Shown here: positions 48,584 to 63,400 of the stretch, one piece after another
Layout: every line of letters starts with the position of its first letter
Numbering within the stretch: position 1 is the first letter of the stretch
Source: Stylophora pistillata
Lineage: Eukaryota
DNA length: 64,000 nt
Direction of reading: 5' to 3'
Assembly (NCBI RefSeq): GCF_002571385.2
Contig: NW_019217913.1
Span: 308,149 to 372,148, forward strand
The notes under the pieces: generated by a model
Told to the model about the DNA's origin: nothing
The model's input: only the letters and a program-made list of their open reading frames with translations
The model's database searches: none
Position numbers and translations under genes: made by a program

Positions 48584-51497
48584 GTTTAAAGAACAGAAAG
48601 TTATTGTTGCCAAGCTGTACAGTAAAAGTTTTAGTTATGACTAACTGGATGTGTACATCTGAGTTTAATCAAACACAACCCTAGATCCTCATCTTCAATC
48701 ATCTGAAACTCAAGAAATTATTGGAATAATCTGTACTGATTTTCCTATCTGTTTATTATTGCAAATTTTGATCTAAAAGGTGTCAATGTTAAATTTTCAT
48801 GCCAGGCCTTTTGGTCAGTGTTTTTAATGTGTCTTATGCATGAAACCAAACTGTAGGGGAAGTAGCTTGTGCCACCTTAACCCTTAATTCACTATAGCAC
48901 TTATTTTCCATGATACTGTAAGGAAAAATTAGAGGTCAGTCACTTCTACTAGTTAAGGGTTATTGTACACTTAGTTTACCAAACACAACACACTCTAGAT
49001 ATTGTCAGTGTTATCTAGTTACTTGTGTGCCTATTGCTGTCTGTGCAACCATTTTATTTAGAAATTTATGTGTATAAGGCAGATTCTGAAACAAAAAAGA
49101 ATCTCTCTTGTTTTTAAATAAAATTTATCAAGGTTTATAGTGCTAGAAGCCCTCTATTCCCCTTGGTCTTCTTTAATGATTCACTCAGGGTAGTAAAGGT
49201 AAGGCAAGAAATGGACAAGACTTATTTCTGTAAGAAAGGGGCAAAATGGCCTTACCTTGGTGTTTTGAGGTTTTTAAAAAGAAGAGGTTTCTGGTCTTTG
49301 TCATGAATTTGAATATAGAAACATTCAGTTGCTATTAAATAACCTGATTTGAAACTCTTTTCTTGGATGAGAAGACGATTCCTTCTTACACAACAATCGC
49401 TAATGCCACCTATGTTTATATTTTCAAATTTGTGTGATCAAGGCTATTTAGATCTTAGAAGACTTTAACCCAGAGCACATGTTCCTGTGCTTCAGACAGA
49501 TAATCTTTCTCAAAAGTCCTCAACTTTGGGGAAGTCTATTTGTCTGTTTGCAAACTTTTCAAGCCATTAAATTCCTTTTGAAAAGTTTTTTTTTTTATAC
49601 TTGATAATGATAATGGTTTACAAGACTGGCTGGCTCCACCCTCCTAATCATTAGCTAATTAAAGCTACAGATTGAAGAAACGGGAAATTTTGGGTTGTTT
49701 TTTTGTTTGTTTGTTTGTTTTTTTTGGGTTTCCATAAAGAGGCTATGAATGAGTGATGTGTTAGTGCAATGCTCAGTAGAATGAAAATGTTGTAACTGTT
49801 TTGTGAGAACTTTGAGTTGAGTACATGGTTAGAATATATTGAGAATGTGAACTTTCTTGTTCAAGGGAGAGGATCAAATTGCCACAAAATTTCAACTTAT
49901 GAATATTTTATTGATACATCGTGAGCTTCCTTTATTATACAACATATAACTTAAATTTTCATTTTCTACTACAAGTTGCAATCCTCATGGAAATCAAAAG
50001 CTGTAACCACGGAAACCAGGCCCCTCTTTGCCTTTTATATTTGTTTTTCTCAACCAAAGGTTGAGGAAGTCAGCCATGGAGGGGGCCTGCTTTCAAGACT
50101 TTACAAAAAAACTTTTTTTTTCCCTTCATTTGATCTTTTGAGATGAAACTTGCAGTCAGTGGTATGTGAAAGTTATAACATGTTTTAATGTTGTCTCACA
50201 TTGTCATGGCCATCTACAAAGCAAAATATATTAACAAGAACATCTCTGGAAAACTTCAAAAACTGTTAAGTAATCTGTGTCACTATCAATAATTATTTTA
50301 GCACCTATAATCATTCATTCATAGTGATTAATCATTGGATGTGTCCAACTGGATTTCAATAAATAAAAGATCATCAGTCATCTAACAATTAATTAAAAAC
50401 ATCTCATATTTTGGCAGGAAGGGGCTGGAGAACCCATCCAGGGAAGTAAAGTGGGGGAGAATCTATGGGAAAAGAGGTCTGAGGCTTGCAATTTACATCG
50501 ATGTCGAGATGAGGTTGAACATCTAAGTAACCCACTTGTACAGCCTGCATTGAGGGCAAATCTTTGGGCTTCACTAATAATTGAGGGCAAATCTTTGGGC
50601 TTCACTAATAATTACTAGCCAAATGAGTTAAATTTCTACCCCCAAACTTCCAGATGAGATTAATACACAACTTTTCCACACAAAGTAAATACATTATCTA
50701 GTAAAGAGGCGATGAAATTAATCATACCTATTAGGTCTAACTGTTATGACCGTAGAGCAATTGAGTGTTTATAGCAATCCCTTTTGGTATTGCCCGACCA
50801 TACTCTATGGATGGTCAAGAAAACTCGCGCCCACTATCTCAACTAATCAGATGCAAGGTAAAAACCAATGGAAACTTTCTTAAGCTGAGTTTTTCCATCG
50901 CTCTCACTGGTTGATTACTTTTGTTTAGGTGTTACATGGCTCAATCTTGAAGCGCGGTATAACGCTAAAGGCTATGTTACAACGTAAAGTACATTTTGGT
51001 GTGAAAGGATTATGGTAGAATCCTGAGTCTTTAATAGATCAAATTCATCACGATGGAATCGTTGAGGGATAAATTACCTTGTTCAGAAATTAAGGGATAA
51101 GCTTCGCGAGTGCCAAATTTAAACTAAGGCCTCCCTGTCTAATAATTACTCGCCAAAGGAGGAGAAAGTTGCTGAAAAAATTCCCGAGTTCATAGTAAGG
51201 GGAATATTCAAAATCACCAACTAAGCTTGAGATCTCTTTTTTTTTCCTTTCACGGTAAAAGTATAGTCAGAAATTATTTTGAAGTTATTTGATCCGCTCT
51301 CATGGCCGTAGTGTTCGCGCCATCGTCCAATGGAAGTCAATTTAATCACTGGCTTTCTTGTCGCTCATTTTTCGTCTGATCAAAGGTTAATTACATTCAG
51401 TGTTGAAGTATGTCCGATCATTTTAAAAGACTTGAGACTTCATGGTTCACTCCAGGAACATCCCTTGAGGCGAACTATTTAACACCGATGGTCAGTC

Positions 51498-54400
51498 TTA
51501 CGATTCTAAACAAACAACAAGCACTTAAAGTTAATACAACGCATGATTTCCGGTAACCAACTTAATTTTATTCAGGTGGACATGTAGACATGTACATATA
51601 AAAGTAAAACCTTTTTTAGGAACCGACATGTCGGAAGTTCTTTAAAAGTCATACAAGAGGTCTAAGTAGATCACGGGCAGTCCCTGCTTTGCGGCGATAA
51701 AGAAAATGGTGTTTGCACGCTGTGTGGACCTCTTACTTTTCGTGCGCCTCCCCCCATGCAGAGTTCTGCGTATAGCGCGTTACATCAATTTTTTTTTTGG
51801 ATTCCCGCGACGGATTTCACCAAAAAATCGTAGTCTAGCCACCGGTAAGTTCTGAGAAGCCTTCTGCAGTCTTTTTTTTTATTATTTTTTTTTATTTTAG
51901 GACTTTGAATTCAAAAAACGTATACCGGTTTTTTCAAAGCGGAGAGGACACATTCATTTTAAATTACCTGAACACGCCACGCAACAACTCGTCGTTGCGC
52001 CAATCAGGAGTGAACTTCTACACTGTCCTTTCGGGCATGGATCTCGTGAACAGTGCGTTTGTCCGTTCTGTGAATCAAAGAAACAAAACTACAGTGTACC
52101 ATACTACTCAGATTGATCTTGTGGATAGATAAATACTCATACATGTTATTTTAGAAAACGACAAAACGACACAAACCGAAGAAATAATTGGGAGAGAGCA
52201 ACATTTTCCACCCTCATGCGCCGGAGAACTGACATGACTAACGTAAAGCACAAGTTTCAATTGAGCATCGAAAGAAATCCAAAATTTCTTTGGTTCTCAG
52301 CTTTACTTCGTTCTATAAATTGTTCAGGAAACTCGCGCAACTATCTCAAGGAATCAATGAAAAACCCAGAACTAACCCCAACTCCGTCATTCGCGCGTTT
52401 TCCCGCGCTTCAAGCAGATTTTGGTTAACGATGATTGTTCGGAAGCAGAAACGAAAGACTCTTTAAAAAGTAGGCACGTTTATTCGGGCGAAAAACGGTG
52501 AAACAGTAAAACGTTTAACTCGGAAAAAACACCAACAACCTAGAAAATTACGACTCAAAAATCTCGCACCCGCGAAAATCGTACGTGTAACTTGCTTATG
52601 AAGTTTCTAAGTGCGCGCGCTAATCGCGCGTCACGCAAGTTTAGTAACTGTCTTCTTAACAATGTTGTTCACATTTGCTCTGGTTGGTAGTTGTGTTTAC
52701 TTTGGTTTGGGTTTTCGACACTCATTTTTATACCGCCGTAAACAAAATATTATGATTTTTTGTTAACTTTCACAAAAATTGGTGGATTATAAGATGACGT
52801 GCACATGCGAATTTTTTTAATCACGAAGCATGGAGCGCTTTCGGATTAAGTTTCCTATCCATAATCAAAGCAATCTCAACAGCCAATCAGAGCAAACGCA
52901 AAAATTGTGGAAAATGCTAAAGGTGGCCGATAAAAATTTAAGGTGAAAACAAGCAAACTCTCTGAAGAGCAGGAAAGCATGATTAAGTAAACCCCAATCG
53001 GTTTTAATTTTGCATCTAATCAGTTGAGAAGGCAGTACGAGTAGCCTTCGTGTAGCCACATCCTTCCCTCTTCCGTTTCTCCCGGAGGGGGGAGGGTACG
53101 GTTACACCTAGGCTAGGTACGAGTACCCAATGTGACCAATGTTTTTTGCCGCGAAACGCAAATGTAATAAAAAGCTCCTCACCTGACACCTACACGTTAT
53201 GCATCTCGAAGAGCCAAATATTGGGAAATATGGCTTCCATGTTTGTCCGTGATTATAATTACTTCCACCAAAGGTACAGCCTAAAGATAAAAAGTAAATT
53301 GACAAAGAACAACAATTTAAATTTGCAATATTAAAGCAACGGTTCATGCCGAATATATAAGTTACACTTATTTTTACCTTTTCTCACTTTTTTGCCTCCA
53401 TGTGATTGTGAATCCTCATCATCTGCAACAATTATACGAAATCTTCTTAGAATAATTGTTTAGACAATGTGATGATATGGAGTTTGTTAAAAAATGTGTC
53501 ATTTTGGTACAGATTTTTATCAACTCTATGACTGTCCAACTCATGTTCTCTTTATTCAGGTTTTCGAGAGTTATACGCTGTAGTTTTGAATTAATCTATA
53601 TTTTGCATAACATTCATTCAAAGACTTCTTACCAGGGCATCGCATACAGCAGTCAGTCATGCGCAGTTTGATTGGATTTTTACATCGAAGTTCTGGACAT
53701 TTCACTTGTGTGCATGATATTTGTTCTGATTTTTTCTGAGGAAAAATATGGAAAAATGTGTCTTCATAAATACAAACAATGACAAAAAATCAAACCTTTG
53801 ACCCGTGACAGTAGTTTATAACTGTTCACAAGCGCATGTGATTCTGTAAAACAACCGCTTACCAGGCATGTACAGGCGTGACATCTCATGTAACCAAATG
53901 GCTGTACATAGGGATACCACACAGCGCCGGCTGGATAGACTTTTCTGTCTCTTTTTACATAGCATCCTTTCAAGGAAGGTCGTTGCCTCTTTTCGTAGTA
54001 TCTCACGACTTTTTCTTCGATAGCTGACGGAATAATCAGATAAATGTTATGTCTTCTACATCTTTTACCTCACACAAACATAATCTTTCGCTAGGAAACA
54101 TCCTTTCAGGGTTCCTTTAAGGTCTGGAGTGGTGAAGATTTTTTTTGCCAGAGAGGGATTTGTTCCCCTCTTTCCAAAAATAATGATAATAATAAAAAAA
54201 ACAACAACAACAAAAATGGAGCCACCTGGCTTTCTATACTGCATGGTCTCAAATCGTAAGAATGAATTACAAGTGCGAATATCATCACATATCATATCAA
54301 AAATTCGTTCAAAATACCTGGACAAACCGGGCAGCATGAATGGGGTAACATGATAGGTGCCTCTGTGCAGTTTAACCGCTGACACTTAAGAGGGGCACAA

Positions 54401-57400
54401 ACAATTTCGCTGTCCTGTTGGTAGTAAAAACAGGATCGTTAATATTATCAGAAGAAAAAACAGCAATTTCCAAAATTAAAGTTCAATTTCCCATCAAGTT
54501 ACCTCACAAGTACACGAAGTACACTTATCATCTTCAGAGACCCACTTTTCCCCATCTGAATACATTTTGTCACCAAAGTGGCAGGAGCCAGGCATTTCGA
54601 TCCGCCCTCTATGAGGAAATCTCTTACTACAGCTGTCCTCGTTTAAGAAGACCTGGCTCCGCAGCTCTCCTTGCGGGACTTCTTCACTTCTCACTTGCAC
54701 GTAAACGAGTCCGCGAATGAGGTTACCAAGGAATTCTGGTTCGATGTTGCGCGCAGATCCAGAGATCTGAAATACAGGCAAAACAGTTCGATTATAAATC
54801 GCCGACCTGTGAGACAGGCGAGTAGGTAAAAAAAGACACACATTTTGTAAGGGAAGTGCGACTGAACGAAAGAAGCCACGAGACACATGCGGTATGAGAA
54901 AATCGCGCGAGGAAGCACACGAGACTACGTTAAATGGCTTCCTCCTTCCTCGCTTCCGCGCGTTTTCCTCGCGTCTGCCCCTTTTCATACGGTGCCGTCT
55001 GATATTCCCTTGCACGATTGATTCGTCAAGGAGTATCTCGTGAGAAGTAAAAACTTGCACATAAAATTTTCTCAAATCTTCGTCCACAGTTTCAAGGTAT
55101 CCATTGATGACCGTTACGATGATACTATCACAATTTGCTAACGTTTTTTAACACACTGATAAAAGATCAGGTGCACATGAGCAGTTATTTTTATCGAGTT
55201 AGTCGAGCAGCAATATGAAGACGAGTTAAGTTCATATAATAAATTGATTGATTAATAAACTAATGTAGACAAATGTACACTAATTTTGTCGCGTTAATAC
55301 TCAGACTTAAGATTTTATTGCTGATTAATGTTCTCTCTATATCATTAATTGCACGTAATTCGTATATTGCCGAATTTTCAAATAATTATGTTTTGATGGA
55401 AAGAATATTCATAATGCGAACTCGTATTTTACTTAAAAGGATGAACAAGTTGATCGGAAATCTTTAAACTGTGATTTCGCTCCATCTGACGCACGTTTAA
55501 GAATGGCTGATATCAGCGCTTTATACAGTTCTGAAATATAATAAATGGAAATTTCAAATACAAAAAGAATTGAAAGAGGAACGCAATAAAAGCTCGGAAC
55601 CATCGGGACGTAAAGTAAGTTCATCCTTCCTTATGCGACCTGACGTCTTGATGAGAGGTCGCCAAGGCAATATATAGCTCCGCACGTCACGTGTTTACTA
55701 ATTAACCGACGACGTTCTCGACCTTGTGGGTAGTTTTTCGTCGAAGTACACCCTTACTTCGTCCGTGGACATGTTAAGAATTGCGTAAAATCTACTCTTC
55801 AGTTTTCTTATTTCATTCGATTCCTAAAGTAAATCCAATCGAAGAACAGAAAAATACTGCCGTTCGACCCACTGAAAAGCATGTAGTTTCAAAGGCAGAC
55901 CAATTCTGGCCAATCTAGGTTTCTCTATGGTTAGGTCTCTCTAATATTGATCAGAGACCTTCAGAAAAACGAGAGATTCATCAAATATCGTGTGACTGGC
56001 CAACGCTCTGTCCGCACCTGCTGAGCAACGTGTCGTCATGGCAAATCGCTTCGTGTGACGTGGAGAATTCTCGAGAAAATGTTGTTCGTGAAACAAGTTA
56101 CTCTGACTTAAACTGATTTAAATTCTTTCAATATTTACAGAGATAACATGAATCGCAACCACTTGCCGCTGCGTGTAACTCAATTTTGACAGTAAACATA
56201 AATCGTAGTATTAATGACAAGAAATATAGACACCAACCGTTTCTCCTTCAAACGACCGTAAGAAGTGCACGTGTTCGTCATACGACTGGGGAACCTCGCC
56301 ATAATCGGCAAAGCCTAAGAGTTCTGCAGTCCTCGTGTTCTTGCGCCCGCGGTCCATGCCACTGATGATCAGGTGATAGTGCAGCGCACAGCTCTTATCA
56401 AGAGAAAACCAGGCCTGCCCCGCGGCGCCAGTCTGAATCCTGGGGACAACTTCGTTACCAGATAACAGAGTCGGTGGATCTAGAGGAAGGGGGGTGATTT
56501 TAGTTGTTAAAGGAGTGTTGTCTTCGTGCGGCTGGATTAAATGTATTTTACGGTTATTTAAGACACCTCGGATTTCAGAGCACGCGAATGAGAAAAAAAT
56601 TTTCACTTTGAAAATGAAACAATTGCTCTTAACGAGAGTGGATTCTGCATAGAGGATTCAGTCCCGAAGATTTATAAAAAACTGGAGCTAACTTGAGAAA
56701 ATTCCTTGTCAAAGTTCTGGGCTTAACGACTTAAATCTTTAACGGGTCTTTTGAATAAAACTGCGGCGAGTCGGCGTTTGGACAAGGACCAGGGGCGCGG
56801 TTGGGGGAAGGTTTCAAGGAACAAATTATCATGTTTTTCATCAACACTGTCATGGGATGTAAATCTATATACTGTAAATACGGCTTAAAAAAAGAAAAAA
56901 CAAAGTCGATTGAAACTGAAGCACGCAATCTAATCTACTTCCTTACCGTGGTAAGACAAATGGTGCCCTCTGAAGGGAAATTGTTTAAGCTGTCCATAGA
57001 TTTCTCCTCTCCTGCTCACAATGGTGCTAACATTGATGAACATATTGCCACTAAATAGCCAGTAAATTTCTTGAAGTGACGGCCTCTGCCACAACCCTGT
57101 CAACTGAAATACAAAGAAGTCTTATTTTCAAGGATAAGCGTCAGCTTGAACGAACAATAAGCTTATGGATAGATTAACCCTTTAACTCCCAAGATCTGAT
57201 TGATAATTCTCCCCCTAGCTAGTTTCTACATATTTCCCTTTAAATTAGTTGCGAGAATTTGGTGTAAGATCAATATAACAGCTTCTACCTGATAAGTTTG
57301 AGTATCCTCAGTACCTGTTTGCTAAATAATGGTGGATATTGTAAGTAAAAGTCACTTCTCGAGTACGTATTGAGTTACTTCAGTCTATAAAACTTTGGTA

Positions 57401-60400
57401 AAAAGGCAATGTTCAGTTGCTGACGCTAAAATTATGCAGGACAACTCAACCTGGCAGAGCATCCAATCATATAATCACAACAACTACGCAAGGTTCAAAT
57501 TCTCAAGGTTAAGGTCTTACGTCCATGACAAATTTGTGACATCCCTCCTTTGGACAGCGTTTAGTTTACAACTGGTGAATCTTTGGTAATTATAAGAGTC
57601 TAAGTATTCGTTTATGCTGCAATTTGATTCAGGAGAAACTGACCTTAATTCGTCCATGTTCATCGAAGTTTACTGAGCGTGAGAGTCTTTTCACTCTTTG
57701 TTTTCGATTTGTCGCTTGAAGATTGATTTCTGTGACATTATTTAGCATTCCCGATAGCAAAATCTGCAACAAGAAACAAGCAACTCTTGATTACCGGTGA
57801 CACGTGTCTAATAGTTTTTCTAACCTACCAGTCAAGCGAAGTTTTTACGATATGCTCTACCTTAAAACCTAATTTTAACTCACAGGTGTCCTTTGCTGAA
57901 TAATTGGCATAAATTACCTGATAGCGTATTTGACCATTCTGGAAAAAATCAAAGGAGGCATAACCGCTGGCGCCTGTCATCGTGGGCCTAGGAGCTTCTC
58001 GACCAGAGAGCTGGGAGACAATGGCTGTAGGAAACATGAAAAACAAACAAAGAGAAGCTATATCATCGACCCCTGACAACTTACAAGAATTCAACTTAAA
58101 ATAAGTGAAATTTTTCTCTCATCTGCAAGGCATATTCAAGAAGATATTATCTATCACTTACTGTTGCAAGTTCTTTTAATGCTTATTTGACCGGTTAGTT
58201 TCGTTTTTCGGTCCCCAGTGTTCAATATCATCGTGATATTTAGATAACCACGCGACATCCACTTCAGCGCATGCTCAGGAGGATTCTGCCAAGCTGCTTT
58301 TAAACCGGAATTCTGCAAGGGAGAATAAGGATCAATCACGATACTTCTTCTCTTTCGAGTAAATCCTCATTACAGCGTACGCTGGTATCTTCGATTGCTG
58401 TAAATAAAAACTTGTTGTTTACATTTGTTTACCTCTCGCTTCACTTGAGATGACCCGATTACTTTCACATCACGAGCCCCTCTGTTATTGGTAGGATTTC
58501 TGGTCAACTTGATCGTGAACTGTGTTTCCGGGCCTGCAAGGATGGAGAGAGATATGTACATCAAGTTCAGTTCCTTAATTGACTGGTTTTCCACGCATTC
58601 GATCTTTCTTTACTTGGCAGACTTTCGACATCAGTTGTGCCATTCAAATAGGTAAACAGGATGCTTTTCGCATACAAAACCTATTCATTCAGCCTACAAT
58701 GGTTGACCACAAGGTCTTAAGCTTGACGTTCGTCGGAGAAAAGATATCCAACTCTGGAATGAGCTCTTTAGTCGAACTCGTTATAGGTCCACCGTAATAA
58801 GCCTAAGCGTGTAGCTTGTCCTTTACGTAACCCTGTTTCCTACTGTCTCACCTAAGTTGTGCAATCCATCATAGCGGAGTTTTATTCTAAGAATTTTTCC
58901 ACTTTTGGCCAAGTTGAAGGAAGCCAATGCATTGGATGTCTCGTCGCCAGATGACAGCAGTGCTTCAAAGCTCTCTACAGATGAGAATCAAAAGAAAACA
59001 GAACTGAAACCTTTCTGTTGATAAAGTATTATTACTTTTTATGTACTGTAAAGAATTTGCGATCCACCACTTCAAGTCAAAGAGTATTCTGGTGAAATTC
59101 CTCTATAATTGACCTGTCATCTGCGTAGCCAAAAATTAGCATAAACAAAAATTGGGGTTATGAAGATGACGGAAAAAAGGGAGTAGAAAATTGGATGTAA
59201 AGCTCACTCCCTATCAATAAATCTTCAGTTCAAAGCGCACAATTCCACATTTAATTCATAAGCGGACAAAAAAAGTAGGGTTTTCTTTAATCGTAATTTT
59301 CCCACAAACGAGTATGGTAATCTGTAATTTCTTCCTTCTCTTAATGTGGTTAAAAATATCCTTCACCAAAGTGAACTCACTAGAACTCATACCTGGTGCG
59401 AGTAGAGAAATTTTGCTATAAAAAATCCTATAGAGTTATAAAACACCGGCAGATATGCAGCCATATACAGCCAGATATCTAGAGAAACCAAGTTGGCTGC
59501 CCGTTTTATTGGAGTTTTGAGCACATGTGACGGCCAAAATAAAATGTTTGACCAAGAAAATTAAAGTGGGGGTCTTATTACTTAGAAATGACCTTGAAAC
59601 AGTCCAAAGCGAAGGACCCGTGACCTTGCCATGGAATAACTAGTTTACACCCGTCTCCTTAACGAGTGCAGTATATAGACTTAAGTTTTTTTAAAGATAC
59701 TTTTGCGATCGTGGATTTGAATCGATATGCAGCCATGTATTTCAGAGATATTTGAAGATGTATAAGAATCAAGTAAACAAATCACTTGCCATACGGTCAC
59801 GATGGCGGGGCTCAATCTGTTCTAACGGATAAAGTAAAGGCAAAACGTGAAGGACAAGTAAAAGTTTTGTCAGCATGTGCAGATTTGGTATATATAGTTT
59901 AGATTTGAACGCATACATGTTACTATCGCAAATATTTTGCGCGTGTAGATGAACATGTCCGGAGTAAGATGGAGGTAAACAACGGAAATATGCCACCAGC
60001 TGCCCATCAAGCTTGCTTGAATCTCAAGCTATGGTTGGATAATCTAAAAAAAATGACTTGTGTCTTTCTGAGGGAGAACATGAGTTTATTGCAGAAGTAC
60101 ATCAGCTGTAGAACAGCTTGGTAGTTAATCTATAATCTCCCCTATATCATGATATCATCGCCAGGCACTTCACGGCCTTAGATTGGTGTCGCCGATCACA
60201 TATTGTTCATCGCTAGTGAAGACTTTTGCTGATATTGAAAAATAATCGTTTGATAACCAATTGAACCACTATCACTTCTAAACACGATAAAATGCCTGTA
60301 AATACTTGCTAAACATCTTGATGTCGTCGTACAATATCTTTGTATGTTCTAAACAGGCATCTATTTGACTCAAAATCCCGCTTTATGGACGCAATTTCGA

Positions 60401-63400
60401 CGACGAGTATCAAAATCTAGAGCCTTTTAGAAAAATACGACCTTTATATATACTGTGATGTACTTCATTGCTAAATTAGTACCATGATCATTGTTATAGC
60501 AGATTGCTTTCGCCCTTCCTCAAGCTGATCACGTCTTTCTTTGCAGTTGAATTCCGTTCTTTTTATGTTTTCCTGTTGAAACTCAGGCTTGACTGAGTGT
60601 GCCATTAGTAAGTTATTGAAAAAGGCCCAGACATTTGTCTTTGATGGTCAGCAAGGAAGCGTTATACTTTCGTTGTTTTGATGCTGAAAACTATGGAAAC
60701 AGGCAATGATGCTGCATTGGCATGGTTTTTTTTTTGTTTTTTTTTTTATCTCGCCACGATTTTCTTGAAAGTATGTGGCATCTCCCTGAGTCGTGGGTTT
60801 AAGTTTCCGTCCTACAGGGATTCCTTTTTATCGCCTGTTTATTCGTCGCGCGTGACAAATGCACACAACCAATATGCTTAACTGCTCTCCTTGCTCTATT
60901 GCGACCGGAGTTATTAGAACCTTTCCTCTGCGAAAGTGCCACAGAACAAGAATCACTTCACGAAGTAAATACTGCTGCTTGAGAAGTAAGGAATTTTATA
61001 ATTTTCGTGGAACCATTTTCTTTCAACACTTACATCAGCTTTTCCCTAAGATAATATTCATAACTGAACTCGTTACATTTCTCGGCGTCATTATTGATAC
61101 CATACTTGCCCTTCTCAACAATGCAAAATATACCCAAAACCACAGAACTCCCACTAAGTCGACAATGGTGATATCGATCAGCAACTGGGGACCTTAAGCA
61201 GTCAGAACGGTAACGCCAAAGAAATGTCGATTAAAAATGAATTTATATTTCAGGTTGAGTTTCGCGAATGTCTGGAAGTGTTTAACGCCTCTCAAGGCGT
61301 TACACCTCTACTTCAGCATAACGTTTGTGAGCAGCGTTGAGTTCCAAAAGGAAACTAAAAATAATTTGCTGTCGGTGTTTCCGTTTTCTGACCATGCAAA
61401 TTTGCTTATTTCACGTTATTGTTTTGCAGTGGACGGCTAAGAAGTGTAAAAAGTTGCCGTCGCCGTCGTGGTAGGTCCCTAATATTTGTCTGAGAAACAT
61501 ACCTTGCGAGTACGATTCGTACTTAATAATGTCTCCAGTGAGTCCAACTGCGTTTTGTTGTCGCTTGAGCTTCAATTCTACGCTGACTTGTCCTTGTTTG
61601 AAGGATTCAATGGCCTTTTTACTCAGTTGATTCCAAAAAAGACATACCTAAGTTTAGAGGCATCAATAATCAAGCAATGGAAATATAAACTGGACGCAAA
61701 AGAACGAACGACAAAAGTTGTACTGGCGAGGTGACACTCTGAACACACCATTTTTGCCTGCTCATCCTTCTAGAGACTAAATAAGAGTCTAGAAAAACAC
61801 TTATTTTTCTTGGATATGATGTCATTTGTGTGGGTAAAGTTGTATGAAGAACATTCGTAAAACATGTCCGACGGCAATTGACTTTTTTTGCAAGCACATT
61901 TTCCTTGGTAAGTCTTAGATTCCAGAAAGCGTAAGCTTGAAACACCAACTAAGTAAGATTTGCTGATAATAATTTGGAAAAATATTGCATGATATGTGGA
62001 TAAAGAAATTGGTAAAAGCACTACACGATAAAATAGCACGCATTTACACTACTCCGAGGAGCCGTTTTTCGAAAGTCGCGGTAGTGACCAGTCCGAGAAA
62101 GTGTTTATTTGGTTGCCCTATTTTCATTCAAAGATCGAGTTACTGATAGCTTTGGAATTCCAACATTAAAAGGATCAGGAAACGAAACAGAATGGTTTGG
62201 CTTTTGAGCTAAAACCCGCACTGTTTTCGTGAGATTTAGATTTCAAAACACAGGACCCGTGTTAAGCTACCTAGCCTCTCGAGATATAGTTTTGAACAAC
62301 CTGACTCAAATTTAGAGATTTAGGTTCGTGCATCCACTCAGGCAAGATTATTTATTTACTTGGGAACGAAAATGGGTACCGGCAAACATTAGGGAACCCT
62401 AGAAAATGTCAGGGAAAGGGGCTAGAGGGAGTTGCAGAGGACAACAATTCGTCTAGAAGAGAGGGTAGCATTCTCATTATCCCTCGATGGATACTCAACT
62501 CTATGAGCAAGCAAAAGGGAACTGGGTTCGAAAGGTAAAATCCTCGAATGTCATCGAATCAATCAAGACGAGCGTAACAATGAAAAGACATATGATTAAA
62601 ATCTGATGAATCCATCTTATAGGCACTAACCTGGGATCCATTAATAGATCTTTTTGGAATGTTTATTTCCTTAAGTGGTGATCCTTTAGAATCTTTAAAC
62701 GAAACCATGCGAAGCTTCCGGGACCTGTGGCATGAGATGAAAAAGTCAACAGAACAAATCGAAACGAAAGTTTTCAGAATTCTCAGGATCGAAACTATCA
62801 GAACTTACCCTTCATAACGTATTGAAATGTGAAGTGCGTTTCGCACCAGAGTGAAGTGTGCACGTCCCACGCCATTTTGGCGGGAAACTGAGGATGCCGG
62901 TGCCTTCAGCAATGAGATGAACTCTTGAAAGAATACGATACAAAATAAGTTTCTGTTTAAAATGATTTTTATTATTTCATTATTTATTATCATTTTGCTA
63001 TTATCATTTTTTTTTGGGAAGTCGCAGAATTACAGAATAAATTTGATGTTTATTCACATAACTAATTGTTAAATGAGCTCACTTGCGAGCTCATCTTCTT
63101 TTCAAAACCATTCACGAAATGGTAGAATGAATGGCTGGCGCCAAGCGCACTGAAGTTAACTTCAAGTTCCCAGTGATCGATGACATTTTGCTCAACCCTT
63201 CAAATGGCATTAACTAATAGATACGGCTTTTTCGGTTTAAGGTCAAGTAAATGAAAACAGTGAGGCTGATAAACAAGGCAGCAGTTTGTAAACACTGCGT
63301 TGCGTTTTCCCTCCATTTGAGTTGAATTCTGGGACGTTATGCTTGTGTGGCCTGGTTGCTGAGTTGTTTTCAATTGTGCAGCGTTCGCAATCGAATCTTC

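Noticed and set aside
54767-55087. N-terminal part of the 197-aa track ORF as chordin coding sequence
   Set aside because: The exon begins at the acceptor at 54766 in phase with the previous exon; the upstream part is intron read-through.
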